Shown here: positions 10,566 to 22,000 of the stretch, in pieces
Position numbering within the stretch: position 1 is the stretch's first letter
Layout: each line of letters opens with the position of its first letter
Source of the DNA: a virus
Virus record (IMG/VR): IMGVR_UViG_3300012924_000001
Location: 14,335 to 78,334 of that record
Reading direction: 5' to 3' (one strand)
DNA length: 64,000 nt
Program-made: the position numbers and the translations under genes
Notes under the pieces: model-generated
Databases searched by the model: none
The model's input: only the letters and a program-made list of their open reading frames with translations
What the model was told of the DNA's origin: nothing

Positions 10566-10711
10566 TTCCCTTTCTTTTTAACGGTTATTGGTTTGGGAGG
10601 AGCTGCTTTCTCCACAGGCATTTCACGCGATCCCATAAGGGCGCGCCCTTTCTTGTTCATCTCTTTGAGGGACTTATTGGTCTTTGCGATCCCTTTGCCA
10701 TAGTTGATCAT
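10562..10711 (-). CDS. Small basic protein MINYGKGIAK... (49 aa, not in ORF track)
   Basis: Manual translation; follows the minus-strand promoter. Confidence 0.55.
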   Translation of the reverse strand: MINYGKGIAKTNKSLKEMNKKGRALMGSREMPVEKAAPPKPITVKKKGK

Positions 10712-10726
10712 AGCCCAAGGTTTTCT

Positions 10727-10799
10727 CAAATGTAATATAAAATATTGTCATTCTTATACAGAATTGTATAATTTCTATCAACCAAAAAAATTATATTTG
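10727..10799. promoter_or_regulatory. Divergent Bacteroidota -7 elements (minus TACATTTG 10727-10734; plus TATATTTG 10792-10799)
   Basis: TAnnTTTG matches facing each of the divergent operons. Confidence 0.55.
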
Positions 10800-10803
10800 T
10801 GTA

Positions 10804-11472
10804 ATGGATATAAATGAAATATATTCCTTGGTTCGGTTCATTGCCAATAAATCCCAATCCGGATACATCACGCCGGAGGAGTTTAACAATGCCTTTAATC
10901 TATCCCAGGATCAATATTTTCATCAACTCATAGAGGCGCTTCAGGGATGGGACGCAAATAGACGGCGCATTCGTTTGCCAATGGGGAATGCCCAACAAGT
11001 CATCCAGAAACTTGCTCCATTTATCGTAAAAGATACATCTGTTGTTGTTCCTGGTACAGGAGTATATCCAAAACCGGGAGACCTGTCAAATCTTCTTGCA
11101 ATAAGAAGCGCTGATAATACGCAGCGTGTATGGCGCGTGGAGCACGACCGGGTTTTTTCTCATGCCTCCTCTACAATTGATCTCCCGGAGGAGACTCCCT
11201 TTTACACGGAATACAATAATAACTACCAGATCTATCCCATCACGATTGGTACTATCAATGTAGATTATTTACGTACTCCTCCGAATGCGCTATGGGCGTA
11301 TACAGTAGTCAGTGGCAGACCTGTATATGATATAGGGAGTAGTATACAACCATTATGGCAAGACACGGAGATTACAGAGTTGATTATTCGTATCCTTTTT
11401 ATGTTTGGTATAAGTATTCAGGCAAGTCAGCTAGTTCAATATTATGGTAGCGTAAAAAATGATGGTCAATGA
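10804..11472 (+). CDS. Tail ring / tubular adaptor protein
   Basis: NKSQSGYITPEEFN and DYLRTP motifs of crAss-related ring proteins. Confidence 0.75.
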   Translation: MDINEIYSLVRFIANKSQSGYITPEEFNNAFNLSQDQYFHQLIEALQGWDANRRRIRLPMGNAQQVIQKLAPFIVKDTSVVVPGTGVYPKPGDLSNLLAIRSADNTQRVWRVEHDRVFSHASSTIDLPEETPFYTEYNNNYQIYPITIGTINVDYLRTPPNALWAYTVVSGRPVYDIGSSIQPLWQDTEITELIIRILFMFGISIQASQLVQYYGSVKNDGQ

Positions 11473-11519
11473 CAGGATATATCTATATGGGCATCGTAAA
11501 AATAAAACTGATTTAATAT

Positions 11520-12158
11520 ATGCCGACTAGCAGGTTACAGGTTTTAGAAACCGTTCAGAGATTATTGTTAGGGGGAATGGCCTCTGATGATACTGAATTG
11601 ACGCTTGCCCTTATTAATCAACATCTCAATGCAGCCATAGGTTACGCAGCAAAGACAAACTATAAAGAAGAGATTGAGCTAAATGGTATCGAGAATGTAG
11701 CCGATGCTTTTTATGCTGACTTTAAGAGCATCACAATTACTAAGGACAATACAACAGGACTATATACAGCAACGCTGCCGCAACAACCAGTAGGATTAGG
11801 TGCAGGGTGGGACATTTCTACTTTTATGTTAATAACAGGCAGTGGAGCAAAGATGTTTGCACATGCCATTTCCCCGCGAGAGGTTGAATTCCTTTATAAT
11901 ACATCGGGATCGTGCAGTGAGGTTTTTTATTGGATTACTGGATTGACAGTATCTCTACATGCCTGTAAGGACATTACGCAGTACAAGGCAAATATAAGAA
12001 TGATCAGCTCACAAGCAACGGATTGGACAACTCCTGTTACGCTTCCTGATGGATATCTCCCACTTGTAGTGGAATATATGACAAAGGTATTGGGAGTAGA
12101 AGTTCAAAGGCCTATTGATATTTCAAGCGATGGTGTAGAAACTCCTCAAGTAAAATGA
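11520..12158 (+). CDS. Putative tail ring protein
   Basis: Size and position among ring genes. Confidence 0.6.
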   Translation: MPTSRLQVLETVQRLLLGGMASDDTELTLALINQHLNAAIGYAAKTNYKEEIELNGIENVADAFYADFKSITITKDNTTGLYTATLPQQPVGLGAGWDISTFMLITGSGAKMFAHAISPREVEFLYNTSGSCSEVFYWITGLTVSLHACKDITQYKANIRMISSQATDWTTPVTLPDGYLPLVVEYMTKVLGVEVQRPIDISSDGVETPQVK

Positions 12159-12159
12159 A

Positions 12160-12939
12160 ATGGGCGAGACAGCAAGACATAAAGAACTAAAAGACATCAT
12201 TTATGATTACATGGATGAGGCAAAACAGAACTCATCGGTGTTCAGGCGCTTGTGGCGTATAGCCGTTAGGGGCGTCACGGATTTATCTTTAGATATAATC
12301 CCTAATATAAAAAGTCGCAGACTGTGCGTAGATGGAAATAAAACTGTTCAGCTACCTGTAGACTATATCGATTGGAGGAAGGTTGGCGTATTAAACGCAA
12401 TGGGGGAAGTGTGTACGTTAAAATATAACAGCACCTTGACCTTGTATGGCGCTACGGATGTTAACAGGTTGAGTAAGAATACAGATTCAGTGGGTATTGA
12501 TCTGAACCGGATCTCTGATCTTTTCTACCTTAATTATTTTGATTATGCTTATGGCTATGGTCAGATTAATCTTTTTGGGATATCTGGTAATGAAGCCTTA
12601 AAGGTGGGCGATTTTAGGATTGATGATCAGTGTGGGATACTCATTCTTGATAACAGCTTCCCGACAGACTACATTATCATAGAATACTTGGCAGCTCCTT
12701 CTGAAGAGGATGGTATAAAGGTGCCGGTACAAGTATATGAAGCCATGATTGCTTGGCTTTCCTGGAAGGATAATATTCAATTGGCAGCCTCCAGGAAGGT
12801 TAGCATATACGATAAGACTGCTAGGAGGCGAGAATACTATGCACAAAAAGAGCTTTCCAGGAATAGGATGAAGCCCTTCAGGATACAAGATGCAATTAAT
12901 GTTTGTCAAGACGCAATAAGGTTAGTTCCTAAAAATTAA
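12160..12939 (+). CDS. Tail ring protein
   Basis: LPVDYIDWRKVG and IIEYLA motifs; immediately before the muzzle gene. Confidence 0.7.
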   Translation: MGETARHKELKDIIYDYMDEAKQNSSVFRRLWRIAVRGVTDLSLDIIPNIKSRRLCVDGNKTVQLPVDYIDWRKVGVLNAMGEVCTLKYNSTLTLYGATDVNRLSKNTDSVGIDLNRISDLFYLNYFDYAYGYGQINLFGISGNEALKVGDFRIDDQCGILILDNSFPTDYIIIEYLAAPSEEDGIKVPVQVYEAMIAWLSWKDNIQLAASRKVSIYDKTARRREYYAQKELSRNRMKPFRIQDAINVCQDAIRLVPKN

Positions 12940-15900
12940 TGAATGAGGTAAAAATATTTACAGGAGGCGGTCTCAATTATGATACTGAACTGCATTTGCT
13001 GCCAAATGGGGATTGGATAGATGCTTTAAATAGTCGTATGGCTGCCTCTGATGAGCGACAGGAGGGCGCTGACTCTAATATCGAAGGAAATGTAAGAATA
13101 GGCAATTACAATTATCCTGATGGAGATAATAAATGCATTGGTGCGTTTGCCGATGAGTTTAGAAATGTGATCTATGCTTTTATCTCTAACTCATTTCAAA
13201 GTGATGAGATTGTTGAGATCAATCCTGAAACGGGTATAATTACGCCTGTTTTTAGAAATCTTGTTTGGACGAATGCAGCAGATGTAACACAGTTTGAACC
13301 CTGGATCAAGATACCAAGTATTGATGTTATTCATCGAACGGATGAGGAAGGGGATCTTATGTTTTGGACTGAAGGGAATACTCGCCCCAGAAAGATAAAC
13401 ATAAAGAGAGCCAAGGCCTTTGGTTCTCCGGATGGATATCCCTCTCCTATTGTCATGGCTTATACGCTTGTAGCCAAAGCACCTCCTCCTTCCCCTTCAA
13501 TACTTGGGGGATACGCCAGTGATTTTAATCGTACAGTAAATAATTTACGTGGAAGATTATTTCAGTTTCAGATACGGTACGTTTATGATGATTTTGAGAA
13601 ATCTACTTGGAGCGGTTGGGCTGATTTCGATATTCCCCCCCGTCCATTTGCTCCGGACCGTGATAGTGATCCGGCGGTTAATAATGAAATATTTGTAGCT
13701 GTTTTCACAGGAGGCCCACAAGTCAAAAAGATAGAGGTGGCATTCAGACAAAATATCGGTTCTGTATGGGGAGATGCTTATCTGTTTGAAACTATGGACA
13801 AGGTGGCTCAAGATATAGATGACAATGTTGTCTACGCACTTCCTTTCTATAATGACACAATAGGCGTTTTACAGCCCCCCGAGAAGGTGAATCAGGTATG
13901 GGATTTTGTTCCAACGAAAGCAGGAAGCCAAGCGCTTGTAAATGGGAATACGCTTGTTTATGGGGACGTTACAGAGGGCTTACAGTTCACTGGTCCGCTA
14001 ACTGTTACGATTGATGTCCTGATGAATTTGTTAGTCCAAGACTTTGGCAATGACTTTTTATTTTGGAAACTAAATGGGAAGTATCGATTGGGACTCGTTT
14101 ACTTTGATGAGTTTAAACGGACTGATGGGGTGCATACATATACAACTGGCCAAGGAGATAACAATGATTTTGAAGTAACCATCCCTGCCTATGATGATGA
14201 TAATGCCACAGATAATTACAGTATTTACGCGGCAACGTTAAATGCTGCTATATATCATATACCCCCTATTTGGGCCAGAACCTTTAAATGGGTTAGAACG
14301 CCGTGCTTAACCTATACGCGCTTCTTTTACTATATCATGCACCTCATCAAGACGGATGATTTAGAGAATATGTATTTTGAAATAAATCCATTCGTCAATT
14401 CTGTAGCGCTTAACGGACAAAATGTTATATCATACAGTACGTTCACGCCAGGGGATCGTTGTCGGATAGTACGCAAGATGGATACAAAGGTGCCTCCGGA
14501 TACCTTTCCTGGCTTCATAGTAAATGTAGACCTGCCCATACAGAATCTCGTAACAGATCCAACAATAGTAAATACCGACTATATAGGCACATATTTAGTG
14601 GTAAAGCGTAATAGCACTGTTGATGACTATGGTCCGGCTCTTTTTTTACTTGAGATATACAATACGCTCAAGACGGGCAATACTTCAGAATTCTTTTATG
14701 AGTTTGACAGAGAATATCCTATATTAAGTCCAGGCGATGTCAATAACATGCGTCATGGTGGAATGATTCAAAATCAATCACGTCCTTCCAACACTCCTGC
14801 TACGTTTGCTTTTGACAAAGGAGACGTGTATGTTAGAGAGCGTGATAAGATGGAATATAAAAGTCCCGATTCAGCAGATCATTGGAATCTTATAAATATT
14901 CCTATTGAAGATCCTAATTTTTCTGACAAGTATCCGAGTGCTGTTAATGGGAATGGAAGAGGTTACATCGTTGATGATAATCAAAAAGAACAGCGATTAC
15001 CATCATTTATCAGGTTTGGTGGAGCATATATACAAGACACTTTTATAAATGAAACTAATAATTTCCCGGCTGGAAGTTTTGTAGATAATTGTGATAGATC
15101 ATTTGGCACTATTAAAAGGATGACAGTTAGAGACCGCCAACTTAGAATCTTTCAGGAGATGAAGTGTGGATGGATACCTATCTCACAAAATGTGCTTCAA
15201 ACCACAACCGGAAACCAGATCGTTTCACAAAGCGAACAGTTACTTAATAACATACAATATTATGAAGGCGATTTTGGAATAGGCAACGCACCGTGTTCTT
15301 TGGCAACTAAAAATTTTGCTGATTACTTTCATGATACTAATCGGGGGGCGATATTAAGACTGTCCAGGGATGGGTTGACTCCTATATCTATTACGACCAG
15401 AATGAACAGGTTTGCGATTATAGAAGATTTAAAATATAAGAATACAGTTTATTTGGGGGAATATCCGGTCAACGCAAGTGACATTCCGGGACGTGCTCAG
15501 ATATATGGTGTATTTGATACAAAAAACAATGAGTACGTATCCGCTTATGAAGAGATTGCTTCCTATGAATTGGTCGTAGACCCTCCAGGAATTATAAGAA
15601 CAGTTGTTAGTCCGGCAAAAACACTCGCATGGGATGAGGTGCGTAATAGATTTGTTTCATTCTATTCTTATGATCCGGAGTGGATGATATCATTGAAGAA
15701 TGACCTTATAACCTTTAAGCAAGGTATACCATATATTCATAACGACAAAGAGAATAGAAGTACTTTTTATGGTATTAACTATGATTGGTATATAGAGCTT
15801 GTGTTCAATGATAAGTTTACACTGAAGAAGACTTTTGAGGCTATTGATATTATCTCGAACATAGCTCTTGAATGCCCGTCAATAATAACATCATTAACGG

Positions 15901-16139
15901 AGCCGGATAACATTACCCTTCAGGAATCTAATTTAATAACTTCAGATTTTCAGCAGCTGGAAGGCCATTTTCATGCTGTGTTTCAGCGAGACATTAATAG
16001 TCCCGGTGGAATTATAAATGGTGATGTGCTGAAGGGGAGTTATATCAGAATACAAATACGGTCTGCCAATACGCAAGAATTAGTTTCTTTGCGATCCGCA
16101 GCGGTACGATATATAAGTAGTCAACTCGATAACCAGTAA
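12939..16139 (+). CDS. Tail stabilisation / muzzle protein (P22 gp10-like role)
   Basis: 1066 aa; GLNYD...LPNGDWIDALN N-terminus, GNTLVYG, YRLGLVYFD, RLSRDGLTPIS. Confidence 0.8.
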   Translation: MNEVKIFTGGGLNYDTELHLLPNGDWIDALNSRMAASDERQEGADSNIEGNVRIGNYNYPDGDNKCIGAFADEFRNVIYAFISNSFQSDEIVEINPETGIITPVFRNLVWTNAADVTQFEPWIKIPSIDVIHRTDEEGDLMFWTEGNTRPRKINIKRAKAFGSPDGYPSPIVMAYTLVAKAPPPSPSILGGYASDFNRTVNNLRGRLFQFQIRYVYDDFEKSTWSGWADFDIPPRPFAPDRDSDPAVNNEIFVAVFTGGPQVKKIEVAFRQNIGSVWGDAYLFETMDKVAQDIDDNVVYALPFYNDTIGVLQPPEKVNQVWDFVPTKAGSQALVNGNTLVYGDVTEGLQFTGPLTVTIDVLMNLLVQDFGNDFLFWKLNGKYRLGLVYFDEFKRTDGVHTYTTGQGDNNDFEVTIPAYDDDNATDNYSIYAATLNAAIYHIPPIWARTFKWVRTPCLTYTRFFYYIMHLIKTDDLENMYFEINPFVNSVALNGQNVISYSTFTPGDRCRIVRKMDTKVPPDTFPGFIVNVDLPIQNLVTDPTIVNTDYIGTYLVVKRNSTVDDYGPALFLLEIYNTLKTGNTSEFFYEFDREYPILSPGDVNNMRHGGMIQNQSRPSNTPATFAFDKGDVYVRERDKMEYKSPDSADHWNLINIPIEDPNFSDKYPSAVNGNGRGYIVDDNQKEQRLPSFIRFGGAYIQDTFINETNNFPAGSFVDNCDRSFGTIKRMTVRDRQLRIFQEMKCGWIPISQNVLQTTTGNQIVSQSEQLLNNIQYYEGDFGIGNAPCSLATKNFADYFHDTNRGAILRLSRDGLTPISITTRMNRFAIIEDLKYKNTVYLGEYPVNASDIPGRAQIYGVFDTKNNEYVSAYEEIASYELVVDPPGIIRTVVSPAKTLAWDEVRNRFVSFYSYDPEWMISLKNDLITFKQGIPYIHNDKENRSTFYGINYDWYIELVFNDKFTLKKTFEAIDIISNIALECPSIITSLTEPDNITLQESNLITSDFQQLEGHFHAVFQRDINSPGGIINGDVLKGSYIRIQIRSANTQELVSLRSAAVRYISSQLDNQ

Positions 16140-16143
16140 AGAC

Positions 16144-16857
16144 ATGATACTCTTTTTCATTTATTTAGTATTTATCATAATACTTTCTGTGCATTATTCT
16201 TTAAATAAGAAAGAATATGAAGGAAGGCTTATGTTCTTACCTGCTCTTATTCCATTAATAATTACGGCCGGAAGTGCCATATATCAAGGGATCAAAGGGG
16301 CGAAACAGAAGAAGGAGGCCCGTAAGATGCAAGAGAAGGCAGACCAAATGGACGCTTCAAATCTTGCAGAGTCGCGGCGTATTGCTTTATCGGGACTTCC
16401 TACAGAAGAATATCAACAGGCATTACAACAGATCTACCGTAATCAGGCGGTCTCACTTTCTGCGCTCCGTGATAGACGTATGGCATTAGCAGGGGCAACA
16501 AACGTACAGCAGGCGACAAATGATGCTTTGCAAGGCTTAGCCTCTCAAGATGCAAAAATGCGTTTACAGAATCAGTACAATGCATTGGGACAGGGTAATA
16601 GAGCGGCGGCGATACAGGGAGATCGTGCCGCTCAGGAGAGGTACAGTGGTGAAGCTTTAACTGGCGCTGCCATGCAGAACGCCTTTAATGCTGCCGGATC
16701 AGCTGCTTCATTAATGGGTAGTGGAGATAATAACTCTTCAGGAGGAGGATTGTTTGGCAACTCAAAAGGATTTGGCGGCTTCAAACCATTGGATAGTTCT
16801 TTATATGGAAAGGGTGGCTATAAGGGGGGATTGGGCAAGTATTCAAAAGCTTTTTAA
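16144..16857 (+). CDS. Internal virion / ejection protein (start may be 16231)
   Basis: Hydrophobic N-terminus, Q/A-rich helix, Gly-rich tail; follows the muzzle gene. Confidence 0.65.
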   Translation: MILFFIYLVFIIILSVHYSLNKKEYEGRLMFLPALIPLIITAGSAIYQGIKGAKQKKEARKMQEKADQMDASNLAESRRIALSGLPTEEYQQALQQIYRNQAVSLSALRDRRMALAGATNVQQATNDALQGLASQDAKMRLQNQYNALGQGNRAAAIQGDRAAQERYSGEALTGAAMQNAFNAAGSAASLMGSGDNNSSGGGLFGNSKGFGGFKPLDSSLYGKGGYKGGLGKYSKAF

Positions 16858-16860
16858 AAA

Positions 16861-17568
16861 ATGCCAGATAACGAAAAAATCAAGAAAACCGCTGCTCAGG
16901 ATCAGTCAATAAAAGACTGGATGAGTTCCTATGTTGGATCGCCCAAGTATAAGGAACGCCTTTCTAATTTTTATAAGTACCCTGATTATATTAAAAATCA
17001 ACGCGCAAAAATAATAAGCGGTCTCACGATAAAAGATGATACCAAAGGAGATTCGGGATATGATGATAACTTGAATCAAATAAAAATAAATCCCAATGAA
17101 ATAAAGGGATTAGGGTCTACGAGAGAAGAGGCTTTGGTGCATGAAGCGGGTCATAGTTTAAACGTAAACGAGAAGAACAAAGCAGCTTTTTTAAATACAC
17201 CAGAGCGGCGATTTATTATTCAACGTAACAAGGCGTTAATACCAGAATTAAAAGAAAGTGTATTGGAGTCCTCTTCTAATCCGGATGCTGCATCAAGATT
17301 AAGTAATAGCGTTATGCATGACGTAGCTCCTGCCGAAAACAAAAGCGATATCGATGCTTTCCGTTTCCTATTGAAACAACGTAATATCTATGATGCCGGA
17401 ACACAAAATATCACTCCTGAGATACTGGAGAAAGCAAAGAAAGATCCTGTACTAAGGAGATCTTTTATATTTAAACGTTTAAAAGAATCTTTTAATGATG
17501 ATAGCCTGATGGATATTATGAACAAAGTGGCTAAGAATAAAAGTAAAAAACAATCAAATACTGCATAA
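16861..17568 (+). CDS. Zincin-like metallopeptidase-domain protein
   Basis: LVHEAGH (HExxH) plus downstream PAENKSD. Confidence 0.65.
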   Translation: MPDNEKIKKTAAQDQSIKDWMSSYVGSPKYKERLSNFYKYPDYIKNQRAKIISGLTIKDDTKGDSGYDDNLNQIKINPNEIKGLGSTREEALVHEAGHSLNVNEKNKAAFLNTPERRFIIQRNKALIPELKESVLESSSNPDAASRLSNSVMHDVAPAENKSDIDAFRFLLKQRNIYDAGTQNITPEILEKAKKDPVLRRSFIFKRLKESFNDDSLMDIMNKVAKNKSKKQSNTA

Positions 17569-19008
17569 ATGGCGAAGGGGAATTACGGTAATCCGGAAGC
17601 AGTTGTTTTAAATCCGCAGGCATACACTAACTTTTTCTTGAAGCAACAGCAACAGAAAAAGTTAGAGAGGCAGGCATTGGACAAACAAGTCAGCGATGAT
17701 ATAGCAAAGTTATCTCCGGACGGTATCCGTCAACCGGACGTAGAACCTTTTTTAAAACAATACCAATACTTAAAGAATTTATCTATACAATACAAGGATG
17801 CCATCCGCAATCCTAATAAGAATCCACAAGTATGGCAAGAGTACCAGAATTCTAAGGCAAAGCTAATGGGTCTCATTGCCGAGTCAAAAGCTGCCAAGGA
17901 GAATAAGAAAGCTCTTATTGACTTCTATGGCAAGAATGTAGATAGGGTTGACACTGATAAGTTTAGGCAATCATTAGCGGATTACGATGCTCCAATTGGT
18001 TCACCTGAATATGAAAAGATGAAAAGCTTTGATCCTACGGACGTGTTGCTCAAAGCGCCTAAGACGGATCTTAATAAGCTGTTTCAACCACTCAATCAAT
18101 TAAAGCCAGAGGAGAACCAGGAGGAAATAAAGTTACCTAGTGGAGAAACAAGAAAGATAAGGACAAAGCAAGTTAATCCGGGACTTGTGGCAAATCATAT
18201 GGGGCTTCTCTATGACTCTGATCAATTAAATGCTAAGAGTTTCTTCGATAATGAGTTCAACAATACTTCTGAAGATCGTATCTCCAAACTGGAGGATTAT
18301 GCGCAGAAGAATTATGATCCTGATTTTGTGATAAAGGATGCCAGGGATTTGGCCATTGCTAGTGGATTGTATGGCCGCGTGAATAAAAATGTGATTAGTG
18401 ATTTAACAGGATCTGATATAAGCCGAAGGGAAGCATTCCAGCAGCGTATGCAGAACCAGCGCCTTGATCGTGCTGATCTTCGAGCAGAACGTACTGCTGC
18501 CCGTAAGGATGCTAAGGATAGTTATATCTGGGAGAATGATATAGCCAATGCTATGCAGAACGGTGATACTGAAAACGTAAGAAGATTGGCTTCCAGATTA
18601 GATACTTCTACCCCAGGCGTGGAAAAGGTTTTTCTGAAAGAAGGACAAACCACCCAAGGTGCCATGAAAACATTTATGCGTGAGCTTAGGGAACGGGGAT
18701 TAGATGGTAAAACTAAAAACTTGAAGCCAGCAGATTTTAAGGCGGGTGTGTTAGTCGTTGCTGTACCCAAAACGGATAAAGAGGGGAAAAGAATAAAGAA
18801 TAAAAATGGATTGGACGAATTTGAGTACTTAGCAGTTTCGTCACGAGATCAATATATACAAAGCAGGTTGAATAAGTTAAAATCTTATGCAGCTGGGACA
18901 TCCCTTAAAGGACTTCCAGATAAAGCCTTCAAACAGCAGGAAGCTGTTGTCCCAACCTTTGAAGAGGATGGTTATGAGCTTGATCCAACAAATGAAGAAG
19001 AACAATAA
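17569..19008 (+). CDS. Putative ejected cargo protein
   Basis: Helical and charged; within the cargo cluster. Confidence 0.55.
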   Translation: MAKGNYGNPEAVVLNPQAYTNFFLKQQQQKKLERQALDKQVSDDIAKLSPDGIRQPDVEPFLKQYQYLKNLSIQYKDAIRNPNKNPQVWQEYQNSKAKLMGLIAESKAAKENKKALIDFYGKNVDRVDTDKFRQSLADYDAPIGSPEYEKMKSFDPTDVLLKAPKTDLNKLFQPLNQLKPEENQEEIKLPSGETRKIRTKQVNPGLVANHMGLLYDSDQLNAKSFFDNEFNNTSEDRISKLEDYAQKNYDPDFVIKDARDLAIASGLYGRVNKNVISDLTGSDISRREAFQQRMQNQRLDRADLRAERTAARKDAKDSYIWENDIANAMQNGDTENVRRLASRLDTSTPGVEKVFLKEGQTTQGAMKTFMRELRERGLDGKTKNLKPADFKAGVLVVAVPKTDKEGKRIKNKNGLDEFEYLAVSSRDQYIQSRLNKLKSYAAGTSLKGLPDKAFKQQEAVVPTFEEDGYELDPTNEEEQ

Positions 19009-22000
19009 TGCCCGATAAAAAATACATACAGAAGGTTTATGATTTTATGAATACTGCCTATGGTGAAAAGGGGGCAGTAACAAAAGGTGTTTTCCGGGGA
19101 TCTTTTAATGATTTCTATGACAGAATAAATACTGATTCCAAGTACGCCGATAAAATATACGGTGCGCTTTCAAAAGCTTATGGACCAATGGGGTCTTTGA
19201 AGAGAGATGCATTCTCTTCTGATATTACAGGATTTCGAGAGAGGGTATTAGCGCCATCAGGGACACAACCAACTACTAGGGATATTCCTACGGGTCTTCC
19301 TGAAGAAAACCCCGTACAGGCAGTTTTACAAACGGGCAAAGATCTTTCTATTCCTGAGCAACAACGTCCTGGTTACTTCCAGGATATCAAAGCTTTTGAG
19401 CCGGATATCCAAGCAACTGAACTTGTAAAACAAGCACAATCAGAGCAGGCTTCCCGGAACGCAGAAAAGTATTTATTGCAAGATCAGTCCGTTGTTCCTA
19501 TAAACATGGCCGGGCAGCTGAATGGAGAGCAAACACGTACTTTAATAGATAAAAACCTGAACGATCCTAATGTTCAGTATCGCAATAATATTAAACAGGT
19601 CTTAGAAAAAGTTGATGAGGAAGATAAGAACAGACTTGCTAATCAGCAGGTAGCTGATGAGATGTATAAAACTCCACAGGGTAAGTTCTATTATGATTTT
19701 GTTCGCCCTGTCTATAAAGAAGCGCTTAATGTAGGCAAGAATACAGCGGCCTTTGGTGCCAGGGCCGTGGGTGCTGACAAGGTAGCCGATAAGATAATCG
19801 ATTATTTTGACTTCGATAGATTGGCGCGGGAAGGTAATCCCACAGCAGCCCTGAATATGGAGCCTTCTAAGCAACAGGGAAAACTAGGCATGAACAACAT
19901 CCTTCCAAGAACCATGGAGGGCCTGACTAATATGGCGGCCCTTATGGGTGGTTCGTCATTATTAGGAGGGGGAAACGCTGCGCTTATGGCTACTTCCTTT
20001 GTAAGCCAGTACGAAGACTACAGAAAAACGGCGAAACAAAACGGGCTGAGTGATGCGGACGCTGACAAGTTTGCTACAGTGAGCGCCGGTCTTAATTCAG
20101 CGCTTGAATTAGTGTCTCCTAATAAGGTCATTACAAAAGAGCTGCCGCAGGCGCTTACTAAAAAGGAGATATTCAATTACATTAAAAATGGAGCAAGTGC
20201 AAAGGATGCGATAAAAAAGTTCATTGTCCGCAGCGGAGATGAGGTATTAAAAGAGAATATGCAGGAGTTCGCTCAGAACATGGGAGACAAGACCGCGAAG
20301 TATGCTTTTGATAAGTATGTCTTAGATGATCCCCGCTTTGGCGAAGAGACAATATTGCCTTCTTTACAGGAGTCTTTAGAAACAGCGGTTATTACTACGC
20401 TGGTTACGGGCCTTATGTCCTCTCCGCATCTGGTAGCACGCAATAAGCCTTCCAGTCTTGAACGTAGCGCCTGGGCTGCCGCAGCACAGAATCCTGGAAT
20501 CATAGAAGGGGGTTTAAAGAATGCAGTGGCACAAGGGCAATTAACAGAAGCGAAGGCAGACCAGATTAAACAGAATGTAGGGGAATACACAGAGATATAT
20601 GACGCTCTTTCTGCTAAGGGATATAATCCTGAGATGGTGGAGAGAGTTGCTATGAACGCCTTTAGAGCTAAAAAACTGGATGAACATAATAAACCTTTGT
20701 CTGGAATTGAAATTCTGACGCCTATCACAGCACAGGATGATGCTACAAAGATTGATCTTGAGAAAGGAGTTTTATCCGCTATAGCTGGGGAATCAGAAAC
20801 GGATTATGATACAGAACCTGAAAGTAAAAAAGTTACAGTTCAGCAGCCTGAAGAGGTATCACACCCGCAAGTTATTGCTGTTGGGCAAAAAATTACTGAA
20901 CCATCTCAACCTGAACAAAATGCCATTCAAGAGCAAACAGCAAGAAAAAGCGTGCTACGCGAAGAAAGACCCGAACTGGGATTGCAAGAAGTGGGCGAAG
21001 GAAACGCCGAGTCCCAAATCCCTCCCACAGAAAGTGAAACAGAGCAGCCCAAAGTCCAAGAAGAAGTAAAAGTAAAATCAGGAACTAAGGAAAGCCGGGA
21101 TCAGGCGGTTGCCAACTTAAAAAATAAGTTTGATCCTTATAAACACGTTGGTATTATAAGCGATCCTAAGCAGAACCTGAAACGAGATAAAGAATTTTAT
21201 TCTGCTTTGGCAAATTACATTAAAGAAGAAATTCTGTATCGTGCAAATCAAGTGAAGGGCTTTGCCAATGAAAAGAAGGCAAAAATTAAAAGAATGATCA
21301 CTTCTTCTCTTAAAGAAGAAGGAATGACCATTCAGGATCTTTCTATGCTGAATGATGCATTTGATGATGCCTTTTCTCAGATAAAGAAAATACCTGGCGT
21401 ATTACCAGAGCAGCCGAACGATAGGATTTCATTTAAGGATTATGTGCGTGATAGGATAAAGGTTAGAGAGGCAGGTTTTAAGGAAGGGAGTAAGGGGCCA
21501 ACAGGACGGATAAAGGCGGTAAGGGCTGTCATTGGTGATATGTTGAAGGGGAAGCAAATTAATTTAAACATTACGCAATTACGTTCAATAACTTCTCTTT
21601 TACAAAAAGCGGTTGGCACAAAAGATAAGATTGAGAATACTGAGCGTACTGTAAAGACAATAACCAATATTCTTTGGCAGGCACGTAATAAGCAAAAGAT
21701 ATCAAGAACAAAGGGACTCATGAGGTCTCTGGGAAAGCTGAAACGGTCTAAGTCAATGGTCGCTCAGGATATAGATTGGATCAAAGGCCTGCAACTTCCT
21801 TCCCCTTCAAAGGTGGACGACCTGGATTCCTATATGGATATGCTGAAGGATTTTATTGACTCCAGAAAAGGGAACGAGCTAAATCAAAAATATACTAAAG
21901 AAGAAATCTCTGAGTTTGTAGATCAGGAAAATGACCGGATATATACAGAGCGTAAAGAGTCAATGCAGGATGACCTGGATGATCTCAAAGAAGAGGGAAT

